DNA from: Acidobacteriota bacterium
GTDB taxonomy: Bacteria; Acidobacteriota; UBA890; WLXD01
NCBI GenBank assembly: GCA_963666215.2
Contig: CAXWPL010000002.1
Coordinates: forward strand, 384,001-448,000
Reading direction: 5' to 3'
DNA: 64,000 bases
Shown here: one piece after another, positions 30,793 through 40,944 of the stretch
Position numbering within the stretch: position 1 is the stretch's first letter
Layout of the letters: each line of letters opens with the position of its first letter
Position numbers and translations under genes: made by a program
Notes under the pieces: model-generated
Database searches by the model: none
Seen by the model: only the letters and a program-made list of their open reading frames with translations
What the model was told of the DNA's origin: nothing

Positions 30793-32507
30793 GCAAGCGC
30801 AGCAAGCAGAAGCGGGGCCATCGGCGGGGAGACTCGGAACAGGCGGGAAAAGCCGGACAACGTCCGGCGCCCGATCCGCGTCACGTCGCATTGCGAGCCG
30901 TCGATCGTATTCGGCGCTTTGGAATCGACGGACCGCGACCGGTTGATGACCTGGGGCTGCTTTTCGACGCCGGCGACGCGGCCGTGGACGCGGTCCGCGA
31001 GGCGTTGCGCAGCGTTGGCGGCAACCACGTGGTGGCGGCGGTTCATCTGGTGCGGTTGCTGCGTTTTCGTGATCTGTCCGCGGACGTAGTGGAGGTGGCA
31101 CTCGCGAGCGATGCGTCCCTCGAGGCCAAGCGTGAGGCGCTGGCGACGCTCGCCGTGCTGGCGGACGGCGGTCGCGGGTTTGAGGCCGATACGGGCACAG
31201 CCAGTGGCATCGACAGCGACGGGGTGCTCGCGGTGCACAACGAGCGGCTGCGGGTCGCCGACCGCTTCCTGAACGCTCCGGAGGTGGAATCACTGCGAGC
31301 GGTTCTGCAGCTACCGGACGGCTGGTGGGTGCCGACCGTCGGCGCCTGGCTGGCGGCTTCCAGAGGACTTTCTGGAGAGCTGCTCGAGCTCGTCCTCGGC
31401 AAGCGGTCGTCCATCGATGTGTTGGTGCTCGACCGTCTCGGCCGTAGCGACAGCCCGGACGCCGCCACCGTGGTTCGGCGCTCTATCGGCAGCGACGACC
31501 GCGACGTGCGCAAGGCGGCGAAGCGGGCGCTGCACCAGCTCCGAGCGCGCGGTCTCGACGCTGATAGCACAGACGACGGCGACGGCTTTTCTCTGAAGAT
31601 CCGTGCCGATGTCAGCCACGACGTGCAAACACACGCCACCAGCATCGATGGGGCCGGCGCCCGAGTCATCTGGGTGCTGACGCCGTCGGGGGCGGGCGGT
31701 CAGCGTTTGCTGGAGGCGGTGATCGACGACCACGTCGGCCTGCGCGGAGCGGAGGTCATGGCGGTGACTCGCAAGGGGTTCCGCGAGCACATGTCGCAGC
31801 TTGGCGACAACCCGGCGATCCTGGTTCATCGTCTGCCCGAAACAAAAGTGCTCGGATGGCTGGCTGCGGCGGAACGGGCCACCCAGGACGCCGGGGCGGA
31901 GTGGCCTTCGAACTACGGCGACTGGCGGGCCGAATACGGCGCCTCGTTGCTGGAGGGACTGCAGCCCACGGAATCGAATCACGTGAGTGCGAATCCGGCG
32001 ACGCTGTTCGGGGCGACGTCCGATTCGCAGCTCTATCGCGAGATCCCGCCCGCAGGGTTGAGTGATCGCCGCGATCTTCTCGACGCGTCAGTCGCCCTCT
32101 TGGGAAAGCCCTACCTGGCCTCGTGGGCTGTCCTCGACGAGGCCGTCGACGCCGCCGCCCGTCAGGTTGCGGAGCTCGAGCGCAGCCAGCTGCTGGTTGA
32201 CGAAGAGCAGCGCAAACAGCAGATCGACGCCGCGGTTGCCAAGGTTGCGGACGTGTTCGACGGGGCGACTCGCGATCGCTGGCGCCGCCGGTTGGAGGAC
32301 ACCGCGGAGCTGCTGCTGCTCGATGGCGAGCGTGATGATGCCACCGCCGCGTTCGCCGCCGCCGTGGCGTTTTCAGAACCGGGAGATCTCTACTCACGCC
32401 ACCCGTTCGTGCGCGCGCTGGTGCAGCGCAGTGTTTGGATTTCTTATCAACGGTCTGAACGCGAGGAGTCCCGCCAATCGCGAGGCAGCCGTGTGGTGAT
32501 GCCGTGA
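30789..32507 (+). CDS. Hypothetical helical (HEAT-like) protein
   Basis: Long ORF overlapping both neighbours by 4 nt. DRDVRKAAKRALHQL HEAT-like segment. Confidence 0.65.
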   Translation: MSKRSKQKRGHRRGDSEQAGKAGQRPAPDPRHVALRAVDRIRRFGIDGPRPVDDLGLLFDAGDAAVDAVREALRSVGGNHVVAAVHLVRLLRFRDLSADVVEVALASDASLEAKREALATLAVLADGGRGFEADTGTASGIDSDGVLAVHNERLRVADRFLNAPEVESLRAVLQLPDGWWVPTVGAWLAASRGLSGELLELVLGKRSSIDVLVLDRLGRSDSPDAATVVRRSIGSDDRDVRKAAKRALHQLRARGLDADSTDDGDGFSLKIRADVSHDVQTHATSIDGAGARVIWVLTPSGAGGQRLLEAVIDDHVGLRGAEVMAVTRKGFREHMSQLGDNPAILVHRLPETKVLGWLAAAERATQDAGAEWPSNYGDWRAEYGASLLEGLQPTESNHVSANPATLFGATSDSQLYREIPPAGLSDRRDLLDASVALLGKPYLASWAVLDEAVDAAARQVAELERSQLLVDEEQRKQQIDAAVAKVADVFDGATRDRWRRRLEDTAELLLLDGERDDATAAFAAAVAFSEPGDLYSRHPFVRALVQRSVWISYQRSEREESRQSRGSRVVMP

Positions 32508-33790
32508 GCGTGCTCGACGCCAGGCGTCGAAAGCGCTCGACGCGGGCGGCCGGGGTGGTACCTGGTCCGCTGGTGGATCGTCGCAGCTTGCTGCGGGCGG
32601 GGGGCCTCGGGGCCCTTGGGCTGGGTCTCGGCTGCCGCTCGACGCCCAACGCTCCGAGCGGTCCCGCCACGGCGCCGGCTAGTTCCACCGCGCCGGCAGT
32701 GGGAGGAGCGGCGGGCGCGGGCTGGCGCGCGTGCAGGTGGCACCAGAACGTGAGATCCGCACCGTGGTCGGTCTGCGCCCGTTCCGTCGCAGCGGCTTCA
32801 GGGTAGAGGCGGAGAGGCTCGACGAGCTGTTGGTTGTGTACAACTACGGGCACGGTGGCGCCGGCGTGACTCTGTCGTGGGGAACCTCGCACCTGGCCAT
32901 GGAGCTGGCGCTTCAGGGTGACGCCGGAGGTTCTCGTAGCTGCGCCGTGCTGGGCTGTGGAGCCGTTGGGCTGGCGACCGCGCGGCTGATGCAGCGCCGC
33001 GGCTGGCGCGTCACCATCTACGCTCGTGAGCTGCCGCCCGACACGACATCGAACATCGCCGGAGCGCAGTGGCAGCCGCACGCGGTCTCCGATCCCGGCC
33101 AAACCGGGTCGGAGTACGAATTTTCCTTCGTACGCGCCGCGCGCCTGGCACATCGCTACTTCCAGACGATGCTCGGCTCGTACTACGGCGTTCGTTGTGT
33201 CGACAACTACATCGTCAGCACCACACCCATGCCGGCGCCTTGGTTCCCGGCTGGCACCGATGTCCTGCTATCCGTCGGCGCGCGCACTAAGCAGAGCGGA
33301 GCATCCGTTCGATGCGCCCTACGCGCGCGTGTTCACCACGATGCTTATCGAGCCTCAGATCTACCTGGACGCCCTCGTACGCGATTTCCTGCTGCATGGC
33401 GGGCACGTCGTTGTGCGCGAGATGCATGACCGCACGGAGCTCAAGAGCCTGGGCGAGCCCGTGGTCTTCAATTGCACGGGCTTGGGTGCGCGCGAGCTGT
33501 TCGATGATGGCGACATGGTTCCAATCAAGGGGCAGCTGACGTTTCTTCTGCCACAGCCCGAGGTCGACTACATCGTTCTCGCGCCGGGCGGCTTGTACAT
33601 GTTCCCACGCAGCGACGGCGTGCTACTCGGCGGTACCCATGAGCGCGGCGTGGAGACTCTCGACCCCGACCCCGACGCCAAGCGCCGCATCCTGGCCGGG
33701 CACGAGCGGCTCTTCGCCGGGCGCCAGCAGCAGCCACCTAGCCAGGGAGGGGAAGGGCTATACTCGATCCTCCCGCCGCAGCCTCGATGA
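32504..33790 (+). pseudogene. Tat-exported FAD-dependent D-amino acid oxidase-like protein, circularly permuted; two frameshifts
   Basis: DRRSLL Tat motif plus Cys; GLRPFR, NYGHGGAG, GCGAVG, NCTGLG and KGQ lie across three frames. Shifts at about 32705-32725 and 33262-33272. Confidence 0.75.
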
Positions 33791-34647
33791 TAGGAAGGTC
33801 ACCGATGGCGCGCTTCTGGTCGCCACAGAGGTCGTACGGCTCGCTGCTTGCCGAGTCCGTCAGATCGTCACTCGAAGCACCATCCCGGCCCCGGAACACG
33901 ACTCGAGGGTCGAGACGCCGGCTTTGGGCCGGGTCGGCTTTGGTGACGCTTGTGGCGCTGGCGGGGTGCGAGGCCACGGATACGCTCGAGCTGGCCCGAA
34001 TCGCGGTCGACGAGAGGGATCGCGTCCGCGCCCTGGCTCTATATCAGCGCCATCTCGACACCAACAGCAACGACTTCGACGCGCGGCTCGAGTACACCCT
34101 GTTGCTGGGTGAGCACTGGGCCTTCAAGGGCGGCGACCGCGGGCCGATTCTGGAGAACCTCGAACTGCTGTACGAAGACCAGCCGGACAACGAGAAGATT
34201 CGCGGCTTTTACTCCACGATGCTCATCCGTGAGGGCCAGGCCGACGTCGAGGCGCAGCGTTACGAGGACGCCGAGCGGACCTACGACCTGGCAATCGACG
34301 TCCATCCGGACGTCGGCACGGCGCACTACTGGCAGGCGGTTCTCAACGCTGACAATCTGCGGCGACCCGACGTCGCGTTCGAGCATCTGGTTGCCGCCGC
34401 GGCCAAGCGGCCACCGATTCCGGACCTCTACTTACGGCTTGGCGACGCGTATCTGGAGCGCGGCGACGTGGATCGGTCGATCAACACGCTCGAGCTGGTC
34501 GAGCGGCTCAGCGGCACGTCGACCTACCTGATTCCTCGCATGCACTGCTCGCTGGCGCGCGCATTTCGCCGACGCGGCGACCCGTCGGCCGCTCGCATGC
34601 ACGCTGAGCTGGCCTCGGATGACTGCGCTGAGCAGACCGCTAGCTAG
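33787..34647 (+). CDS. TPR-repeat lipoprotein (start uncertain)
   Basis: LAGC lipobox. TPR-like repeats (YLRLGDAYLERGD). Confidence 0.7.
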   Translation: MIGRSPMARFWSPQRSYGSLLAESVRSSLEAPSRPRNTTRGSRRRLWAGSALVTLVALAGCEATDTLELARIAVDERDRVRALALYQRHLDTNSNDFDARLEYTLLLGEHWAFKGGDRGPILENLELLYEDQPDNEKIRGFYSTMLIREGQADVEAQRYEDAERTYDLAIDVHPDVGTAHYWQAVLNADNLRRPDVAFEHLVAAAAKRPPIPDLYLRLGDAYLERGDVDRSINTLELVERLSGTSTYLIPRMHCSLARAFRRRGDPSAARMHAELASDDCAEQTAS

Positions 34648-34680
34648 CAACCGCGCCAGATCGACGACCGGTCTGGCCGA

Positions 34681-34956
34681 TCAGGCGAAGGTGAGGGTGC
34701 CGGTCTCTTCGAACGGGGAGCGCTTGATCATGTCGATCGACTCCCACGGGCAGTAGCGGGCACAGAGAGTGCAGCCGATGCAGGTTTCCTTGTCGATCAG
34801 CACGTACTTTTCAGCCGGGTTGTCTTCCGGTTTCATGAGGTCGATGCAGTCGACAGGGCAGAAAACGATGCAGGCCTCGCAACCGGTGCAGTCGTCGCGC
34901 CTGACGATGGCCAGGATGTTCGAGCGCTTCTTGGGTCGCTTTGTTGTCTTGGCCAT
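34681..34956 (-). CDS. 2[4Fe-4S] ferredoxin
   Basis: Two CxxCxxCxxxCP motifs. Confidence 0.9.
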   Translation of the reverse strand: MAKTTKRPKKRSNILAIVRRDDCTGCEACIVFCPVDCIDLMKPEDNPAEKYVLIDKETCIGCTLCARYCPWESIDMIKRSPFEETGTLTFA

Positions 34957-35239
34957 CGAGGGGTTTTCCCAGAGAGAGCAGAACAAGCAAGAAACCGCGA
35001 CAAGAGCGGAAACCGCGAGAGGCGCGGCGCAAAGAAGGATATAACCACGGGGTTGACGCTACAAACCTCCGACCTTGCTCGGGGCAGAAGCGTCATAGAC
35101 CCGTGAGCAAGCGCTACCTATAATTCCCTTGGTAACGCAGCGAAACTCGAAGGCGGGTGCGTCGGTGAACCTACGGCCGGAAGGCTCCAGATACAGGAAG
35201 ATCAGTCTGCGCGACGAGCGCAGTCGTCGTTGGGCCAAG

Positions 35240-35959
35240 ATGCGCCGCGAGCACGCGGACGACGCGTACCCGACCCCGCCGGGCACCGCGGCTGCAGTCG
35301 TTGCCGAATATCTGAACACGAACGAAGAACAGATCGAGCTCAAGTGGGCGGGTATAGCGGCTTTGGTCGTCCACTTCATCGTCTTCCTTCTCGTGGTGCC
35401 GAAGTCCTCGCTCGAGGCCTTCACGCCCGACCGCGCCGCGGCCATCATCGTCAAGAAGTTCAGCCCGCCGGCGCCGCCGGCCAAGTCGAAGAAGACCGCC
35501 AAAAAGAAGAAGACCAAGCCAATACCGATTCCTGATCCAACCCCCGACGATCCTGAGCCGGTTGAGCCCGAGGAGTCGGAGATCGACCTCGGCGAGATGT
35601 CGATGGAGTTCGTGCTTGGAGCGCCAGATGGCTCTCCGCAGGTCACGGGCGGGGCCCGTCGCGACGCTTTCAATGCCGGGGAGGGAGGCGTGATGCCTCC
35701 CACGATCGTGCGCAAGATCGATCCCGAATACACGCCCGACGCTACGCGGCGAGGCATCCAAGGCGAGGTTTGGATTGAAGCCGTGGTGAATATCGACGGA
35801 CGAGTCGTCGAGCCGAAGCTCCTGCGCGGGCTACCCGACGACGAGCTCAATCGACGGGCGATGGAGGCGATCCAGCGTTGGATCTTCAAGCCCGGCATGA
35901 AGGACGGTCGGCCTGTGGCGGTGATTGCCGTGTTCACCGTCACCTACCGCCTTCACTAG
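35240..35959 (+). CDS. TonB family energy transducer
   Basis: TM with His, Pro/Lys linker, PEYT..A...GIQGEV...WIFKPG TonB C-domain. Start uncertain. Confidence 0.85.
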   Translation: MRREHADDAYPTPPGTAAAVVAEYLNTNEEQIELKWAGIAALVVHFIVFLLVVPKSSLEAFTPDRAAAIIVKKFSPPAPPAKSKKTAKKKKTKPIPIPDPTPDDPEPVEPEESEIDLGEMSMEFVLGAPDGSPQVTGGARRDAFNAGEGGVMPPTIVRKIDPEYTPDATRRGIQGEVWIEAVVNIDGRVVEPKLLRGLPDDELNRRAMEAIQRWIFKPGMKDGRPVAVIAVFTVTYRLH

Positions 35960-36842
35960 GTCGTTTGCCAAGCATCCCCGGTCATCGCGTGAGCCCAGAC
36001 CGCTGAGCGCCTCATTGTCAGCGTCGCTGTCGCGCCCGACGGCGCTCGAAGCGGCACGAACGCTGGCGACCGTGCTCGTGCTCTTGCTGATCCTGGTTAC
36101 GGCGGCACCGGCGGGCATTCTGCTTTCTATTCTCTTTTCCAGCGCACGGCCGCTGTTTGCCACGGCGTTCCCGTCGCTCCGGCTGCTGATTGGCGCCGCC
36201 GGCGTACGGCTCCGGGTGTCGGGGCGCGACCGTCTCGAGCCCGATCAGGCGTACGTTTTCGTGTGCAATCACCAGAGCAACGCCGATCCACCGATCGCGT
36301 TCCTGGTGATCCACCGGACTCTCGCGGTGCTGGCGAAGGCCTCGCTGTTCAAGCTTCCGGTCCTCGGCACGGTTTTCACCCGCGCCGGCTTCGTTCCCGT
36401 ACACCGCCGCGATCGCGAGCGCGCTATCGGGGCGGTTGAGCGCGCTGCCGCTGGGCTGCGGGGCGGAACTGACTTCCTGGTGTTTCCCGAGGGGACTCGC
36501 AGCCCCGATGGGCGGCTGCTGCCGTTCAAGAAGGGGCCCTTCGTGATGGCGATCGAGGCCGGCGTGCCGGTGGCGCCCATCGTGATAGCAGGTACGCGCG
36601 AGATTCAGCCCAAGGGCAGTTGGGTCATCCGCCCAGGGCGTGTTGACGTCACATTCCTCGACCCGATTCCCACTGCGGGGTTACAGTACGAAGACCGAGA
36701 TCAGCTGCTGCGGAGGGTGCGTGCAGCGATGTCGGCGGTCGTCGACAAGACTCTCGAAACCGCGATCGCGACGGCCGGCAAGACCGCTTCCGAACCAGGT
36801 CATGAAACCGCGAGTCCGGATCGCCGGCCGGACAATGCCTAG
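35925..36842 (+). CDS. plsC: 1-acyl-sn-glycerol-3-phosphate acyltransferase (start probably further downstream)
   Basis: NHQSNAD, FPEGTRS, PFKKG. Confidence 0.88.
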   Translation: MPCSPSPTAFTRSFAKHPRSSREPRPLSASLSASLSRPTALEAARTLATVLVLLLILVTAAPAGILLSILFSSARPLFATAFPSLRLLIGAAGVRLRVSGRDRLEPDQAYVFVCNHQSNADPPIAFLVIHRTLAVLAKASLFKLPVLGTVFTRAGFVPVHRRDRERAIGAVERAAAGLRGGTDFLVFPEGTRSPDGRLLPFKKGPFVMAIEAGVPVAPIVIAGTREIQPKGSWVIRPGRVDVTFLDPIPTAGLQYEDRDQLLRRVRAAMSAVVDKTLETAIATAGKTASEPGHETASPDRRPDNA

Positions 36843-36902
36843 CTCCAGGAATCGACGGCGGAACCTCGAACCGGCACTCGCCGTGGCTGTTACAGTCCAG
36901 CC

Positions 36903-37547
36903 GTGAGCGACTCGCGAACCCACGAAACTGCACCCGAAGACGACGTGCCGCTGTCTGCACCCACGGTGGATCACGACGCCATGACCATCGCACTTGCCGA
37001 CTTTCTCAGCGCTGCCGGTCATCCCGAGCTCGCCGCGGGTCAGGCGCCGCGGCTTGCGGCCACGGCCTGGGCCGACGAGTTGCTGACCGGCTACACAACC
37101 GACCCGGTCTCGACTCTACTGCCGGCCTGGGATGACCACGCCGGCGAGCTCGTTTGTGTCACCGAAATCGCCTTCGTCTCGGTGTGTGCCCATCACATGC
37201 TGCCGTTCTTCGGCCGGGCTCACGTGGGTTATCTTCCCGGAACGCAGCTCACGGGCTTATCGAGGATCGAGGAGCTGGTGCGGTGCTTGTCGCGTCGCTG
37301 GCAGCTCCAGGAGAGGCTCGGAGAGGAGATCGTCGAGACGATCATGGCGGCGATCGATGCTCGTGGCGCGGCTTGCGTGATCGAGGCGGAGCACCTGTGC
37401 GCCTTCGCTCGGGGGAATCGACAACGCGGTGCGGTGACCCGCACGTTTGCCTTCCGCGGCGCCTTGCACGAGGATCGGCAGCTGCAGGAGCGCTGCCTGC
37501 GCTGGTTCGAGCGCGGAAACCAGGGCCCAACGCTCGCACAAGACTGA
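36903..37547 (+). CDS. folE: GTP cyclohydrolase I
   Basis: CAHHMLPFFG, GLSR, LQERL, EAEHLC. Confidence 0.85.
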   Translation: MSDSRTHETAPEDDVPLSAPTVDHDAMTIALADFLSAAGHPELAAGQAPRLAATAWADELLTGYTTDPVSTLLPAWDDHAGELVCVTEIAFVSVCAHHMLPFFGRAHVGYLPGTQLTGLSRIEELVRCLSRRWQLQERLGEEIVETIMAAIDARGAACVIEAEHLCAFARGNRQRGAVTRTFAFRGALHEDRQLQERCLRWFERGNQGPTLAQD

Positions 37548-37591
37548 ACAAGACGCACACGAAAAACCCAGCTCATGAGAGGTGACGACCC

Positions 37592-37780
37592 ATGCAAACG
37601 CCCACCGGAGTGGGAGTTAACGGAGAGCCCGACGATTTTGCCGCGCGCTACGACCGCTACGTCGTAGGTGGCGGCACCGGTTGGGTGATCGCAACGATCG
37701 CGGTTCTTCTGGCCTTGCTTGTCGTCGCCGCGGCCACCCGCGCGGGCCTCGGCATACTGATCGCGCAGCTTGGTGGTTAG
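37592..37780 (+). CDS. Small hypothetical membrane protein
   Basis: 62 aa with one hydrophobic helix. GAGGT RBS. Fills the folE-lon gap. Confidence 0.45.
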   Translation: MQTPTGVGVNGEPDDFAARYDRYVVGGGTGWVIATIAVLLALLVVAAATRAGLGILIAQLGG

Positions 37781-37795
37781 GAGCGCGCGACGCCG

Positions 37796-40312
37796 ATGAG
37801 TGCTGACGACTTGCGACTGGGCGTTGCGCAGCTTAGGCGAGTGTGCGACCCCGCCTCGTTCCCGTTTGAAGACACGTCGTCTACGGTTCCGCTCGAGGAC
37901 ATCATTGGTCAGGACCGCGCGGTCAAGGCGCTGGAATTTGGTCTCGACATTTCCAGCTCGGGCTTCAACCTCTTCTTGGCGGGTCAGCCAGGGGTCGGAA
38001 AGACCACCATCCTCAAGCGTGTCCTGGAGCGCGTCGTCAAGGACCGGCCGGTCCCCGACGATATCGCCTACGTCCAGAACTTCGATGACCCCGACTCGCC
38101 CTGCGTGCTGACGCTGCCGGCGGGACGTGGCTCCAGCCTGCGCACGCATGTGGAGGAGTTCGTCGAAGATCTCAAAGAGCGCGTTCCCAAGGCCTTCGAG
38201 GGCAAGCAGTACGAGGAGCAGAAGCGGACGAACTCGGAGGCGCACCAGAAGAAGCGTCAGAAACTCATCGAGGGACTCGAGGGCGAGGCACGCGACCAAG
38301 GCTTCGAGATCAAGAACACTCCGATGGGGCTGCGCACAATCGCCGTGCAAGAGGACAAGCCGATCACGCCCGACGAATACCAGGCGATGGAAGACGATGC
38401 GCGTGGCGAGCTCGACGCCAAGATGGAGGAGCTCCAGAAACGCATCCGCGACGTGATGGCCGAGGTGAAGGAGGTCGAGCAGGCCCTCAAAGCGGACCTC
38501 AAAGACCTCAACCAGCAGGTCGCGATGAACGTCATCGGCGGCATGATGCACGACCTGCACCGGGAATACCGCGACCTCCCGGATGTGATCTCGCACCTCG
38601 ACCTCATGCAGGCCGACATTCTCAGCAACATCGACGACTTTCGCACTTCAGAAGAGCAGCAGTTGCCGATTCCCGGACTCAGGATGCAGTCCAGTGAGCC
38701 CGACCTGGCGCGCTATCAGGTCAATCTCATCGTCGACAACAGTGATCTGAAGGGCGCTCCCGTTGTTGTGGAGCGCAACCCGACATACCCGAATCTGATC
38801 GGCCGCATCGAGCGCCGCGCGCAGTTCGGCGCGCTGATCACCGACTTCACGATGATTCGCGCCGGCTCGCTGCTGAAGGCCAACGGCGGCTACCTCGTGC
38901 TCGACGTTGAAGACGTCCTGCGCAACCAGTTCGTGTACGACGCGCTCAAGCGCTCGCTGATGAACAAGGAGGCACGCATCGAGGACATCGCGGAGCGCTT
39001 TGGGATGTTCTCCGTGGCGACCTTGCGGCCCCGTCCGGTGCCCCTGCGCGTCAAGGTCTGTCTGACTGGCAACCCCCACTACTACCACATGCTGTTTGCC
39101 TACGATGAGGTCTTCCGCGAGATCTTCAAGGTGAAGGCCGACTTCGACTCGCAGGCCGATCGCACCGACGATGCCGAGGGCAAGTTCGGCGCCTTCATCG
39201 CCAGGCTCGTCGTGCGAGAAGATCTGCCGCACTTCCACCGCGGGGCGGTGGCGGCGGTCGTTGAGGAGTCCTCGCGCCTGGTCGAGGATCAGGAAAAGCT
39301 GTCGTTGCGGTTTGGGCAGGTGAACGATCTGATTCGCGAGGCCGCATATTGGGCTCAGAATCGCGGCGCCGAGAACGTCGAGGCCGCGGATGTGGAGCGC
39401 GCTGTCGAGGAGGCCGAGTACCGCTCGAGTCTCAGCAGGGAGCGCGTCCAGGACCTGATCCAGCGCAACGTTCTGAGGGTCGATACCGACGGCTGCAAGG
39501 TAGGGGAGATCAACGGCTTGGCGGTTCATATGCTCGGCGACTACCTCTTCGGCCGCCCGAGCAAGATCAGCGCTACGGTGCATCTGGGCCGCGAAGGCGT
39601 CATGAACATCGAGCGACGCGTCCAGCTCTCCCACAGCACACACGACAAGGGCGTGCTCATTTTCGGGGGCTTCCTTGGCGAGCGCTTCGCGCAGGATCAG
39701 CCGTTGACGCTATCGGCGGCTATCGCCTTCGAGCAGTCCTACGGCGAGATTTCCGGCGATTCCGCCTCCTCAACCGAGCTCTACGTCCTCCTCTCGGCTC
39801 TTTCGGGGATTCCGATCAAACAAGGGATCGCGGTCACCGGATCGGTGAATCAAAAGGGCGACGTGCAGGCGATCGGTGGGGTGAATCACAAGATCGAAGG
39901 CTTCTTCGATATCTGCGATGAGCGTGGCCTCACCGGCGACCAGGGCGTCATGATTCCGCAGGCGAATGTCCAGAATCTGATGCTGCGACAGCGCGTCATC
40001 GACGCTGTGGAGGCCGGCAAGTTCCACATCTGGTCGGTCGAGCACGTCGATCAGGGCATCGAGATCCTCACTGGCGTGCCGGCGGGAACCCTCGAGCCTT
40101 GTGAAGCCGGGGGCGACGGCGACGCCAACCGTAAGAGTTGGGCACCCGACTCCATCAACGGGCTCGTCGCTGCTCGTCTGCGCAAGCTCGGCAAGCAGCT
40201 CACGAGCTGGAGCCGGGAGGCGAAACAGCCGAGCGCTGAGATCGTGTCGCCAAGCGAGGGAGCGACCGAGCAACCGCCGCCGCCTATGCCGCCGCGGGGG
40301 CCTTGCGAGTAG
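37796..40312 (+). CDS. Lon-like (LonC/LonB-type) ATP-dependent protease
   Basis: GQDRA, GQPGVGKT, KANGGYL, coiled-coil insert, FEQSY..GDSAS (catalytic Ser), KIEGF (catalytic Lys). Confidence 0.92.
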   Translation: MSADDLRLGVAQLRRVCDPASFPFEDTSSTVPLEDIIGQDRAVKALEFGLDISSSGFNLFLAGQPGVGKTTILKRVLERVVKDRPVPDDIAYVQNFDDPDSPCVLTLPAGRGSSLRTHVEEFVEDLKERVPKAFEGKQYEEQKRTNSEAHQKKRQKLIEGLEGEARDQGFEIKNTPMGLRTIAVQEDKPITPDEYQAMEDDARGELDAKMEELQKRIRDVMAEVKEVEQALKADLKDLNQQVAMNVIGGMMHDLHREYRDLPDVISHLDLMQADILSNIDDFRTSEEQQLPIPGLRMQSSEPDLARYQVNLIVDNSDLKGAPVVVERNPTYPNLIGRIERRAQFGALITDFTMIRAGSLLKANGGYLVLDVEDVLRNQFVYDALKRSLMNKEARIEDIAERFGMFSVATLRPRPVPLRVKVCLTGNPHYYHMLFAYDEVFREIFKVKADFDSQADRTDDAEGKFGAFIARLVVREDLPHFHRGAVAAVVEESSRLVEDQEKLSLRFGQVNDLIREAAYWAQNRGAENVEAADVERAVEEAEYRSSLSRERVQDLIQRNVLRVDTDGCKVGEINGLAVHMLGDYLFGRPSKISATVHLGREGVMNIERRVQLSHSTHDKGVLIFGGFLGERFAQDQPLTLSAAIAFEQSYGEISGDSASSTELYVLLSALSGIPIKQGIAVTGSVNQKGDVQAIGGVNHKIEGFFDICDERGLTGDQGVMIPQANVQNLMLRQRVIDAVEAGKFHIWSVEHVDQGIEILTGVPAGTLEPCEAGGDGDANRKSWAPDSINGLVAARLRKLGKQLTSWSREAKQPSAEIVSPSEGATEQPPPPMPPRGPCE

Positions 40313-40401
40313 GGCGGTAGTCCGTCCGCGAGCTTTCAGATACGAGCAGAGGCCCCGGTGCTGTGGTCCAGTCGCTCGCTCGGCGTCGGGGTCGGTCGAA
40401 G

Positions 40402-40806
40402 CTAGTCGACGCGCAGCTTGCCGCTGGGCGCAACGCCGACGCCGCGTTCCATCTCGCCCTCCGAAGACTCCGCTCCGGATAGAGCCGCTTCTTCTTCGGT
40501 ACGGGCAGCGATGTCGAGGATTGACGGCCGCCCGCCGCCCGCTTGGTCTGTTTGGTGTGCCCGATCGAGGTGCTCCTTGAGCGCCTTGAGCTCGCGGAAA
40601 GGCAGATGGCGCTTGGGCCCCTTGTCAGGAACACGGCCGAGGGCAATATCGAGAGCGCAGGTGGCGGCGTGGACGGCGTCGTCGAGTTGCTGCAGCGCCT
40701 GGTGCAGTACGACCAATGTTTCGCCGGGAGCGGCGACAGGTTGGTGGTCGCCGGCTCTGAAGACGGGTTCGAGAGTTTCGACAAGGTCCGACTTGCTCGA
40801 CGGCAT
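40402..40806 (-). CDS. Hypothetical protein
   Basis: ORF fills the gap downstream of the transporter. No motif recognised. Confidence 0.35.
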   Translation of the reverse strand: MPSSKSDLVETLEPVFRAGDHQPVAAPGETLVVLHQALQQLDDAVHAATCALDIALGRVPDKGPKRHLPFRELKALKEHLDRAHQTDQAGGGRPSILDIAARTEEEAALSGAESSEGEMERGVGVAPSGKLRVD

Positions 40807-40944
40807 GGGAGGCTTCCTCGAGAGCACGCGACGTGGGCCGATCGGTGGCGGTCAGAGTCTCAGCGCCGATTCTAGAGAGATGGCCGGTCTCGGCACGAAG
40901 CCCTTTCTGGCGGGCAGCCACCAGATGCGTCCTCGATGACGGGC

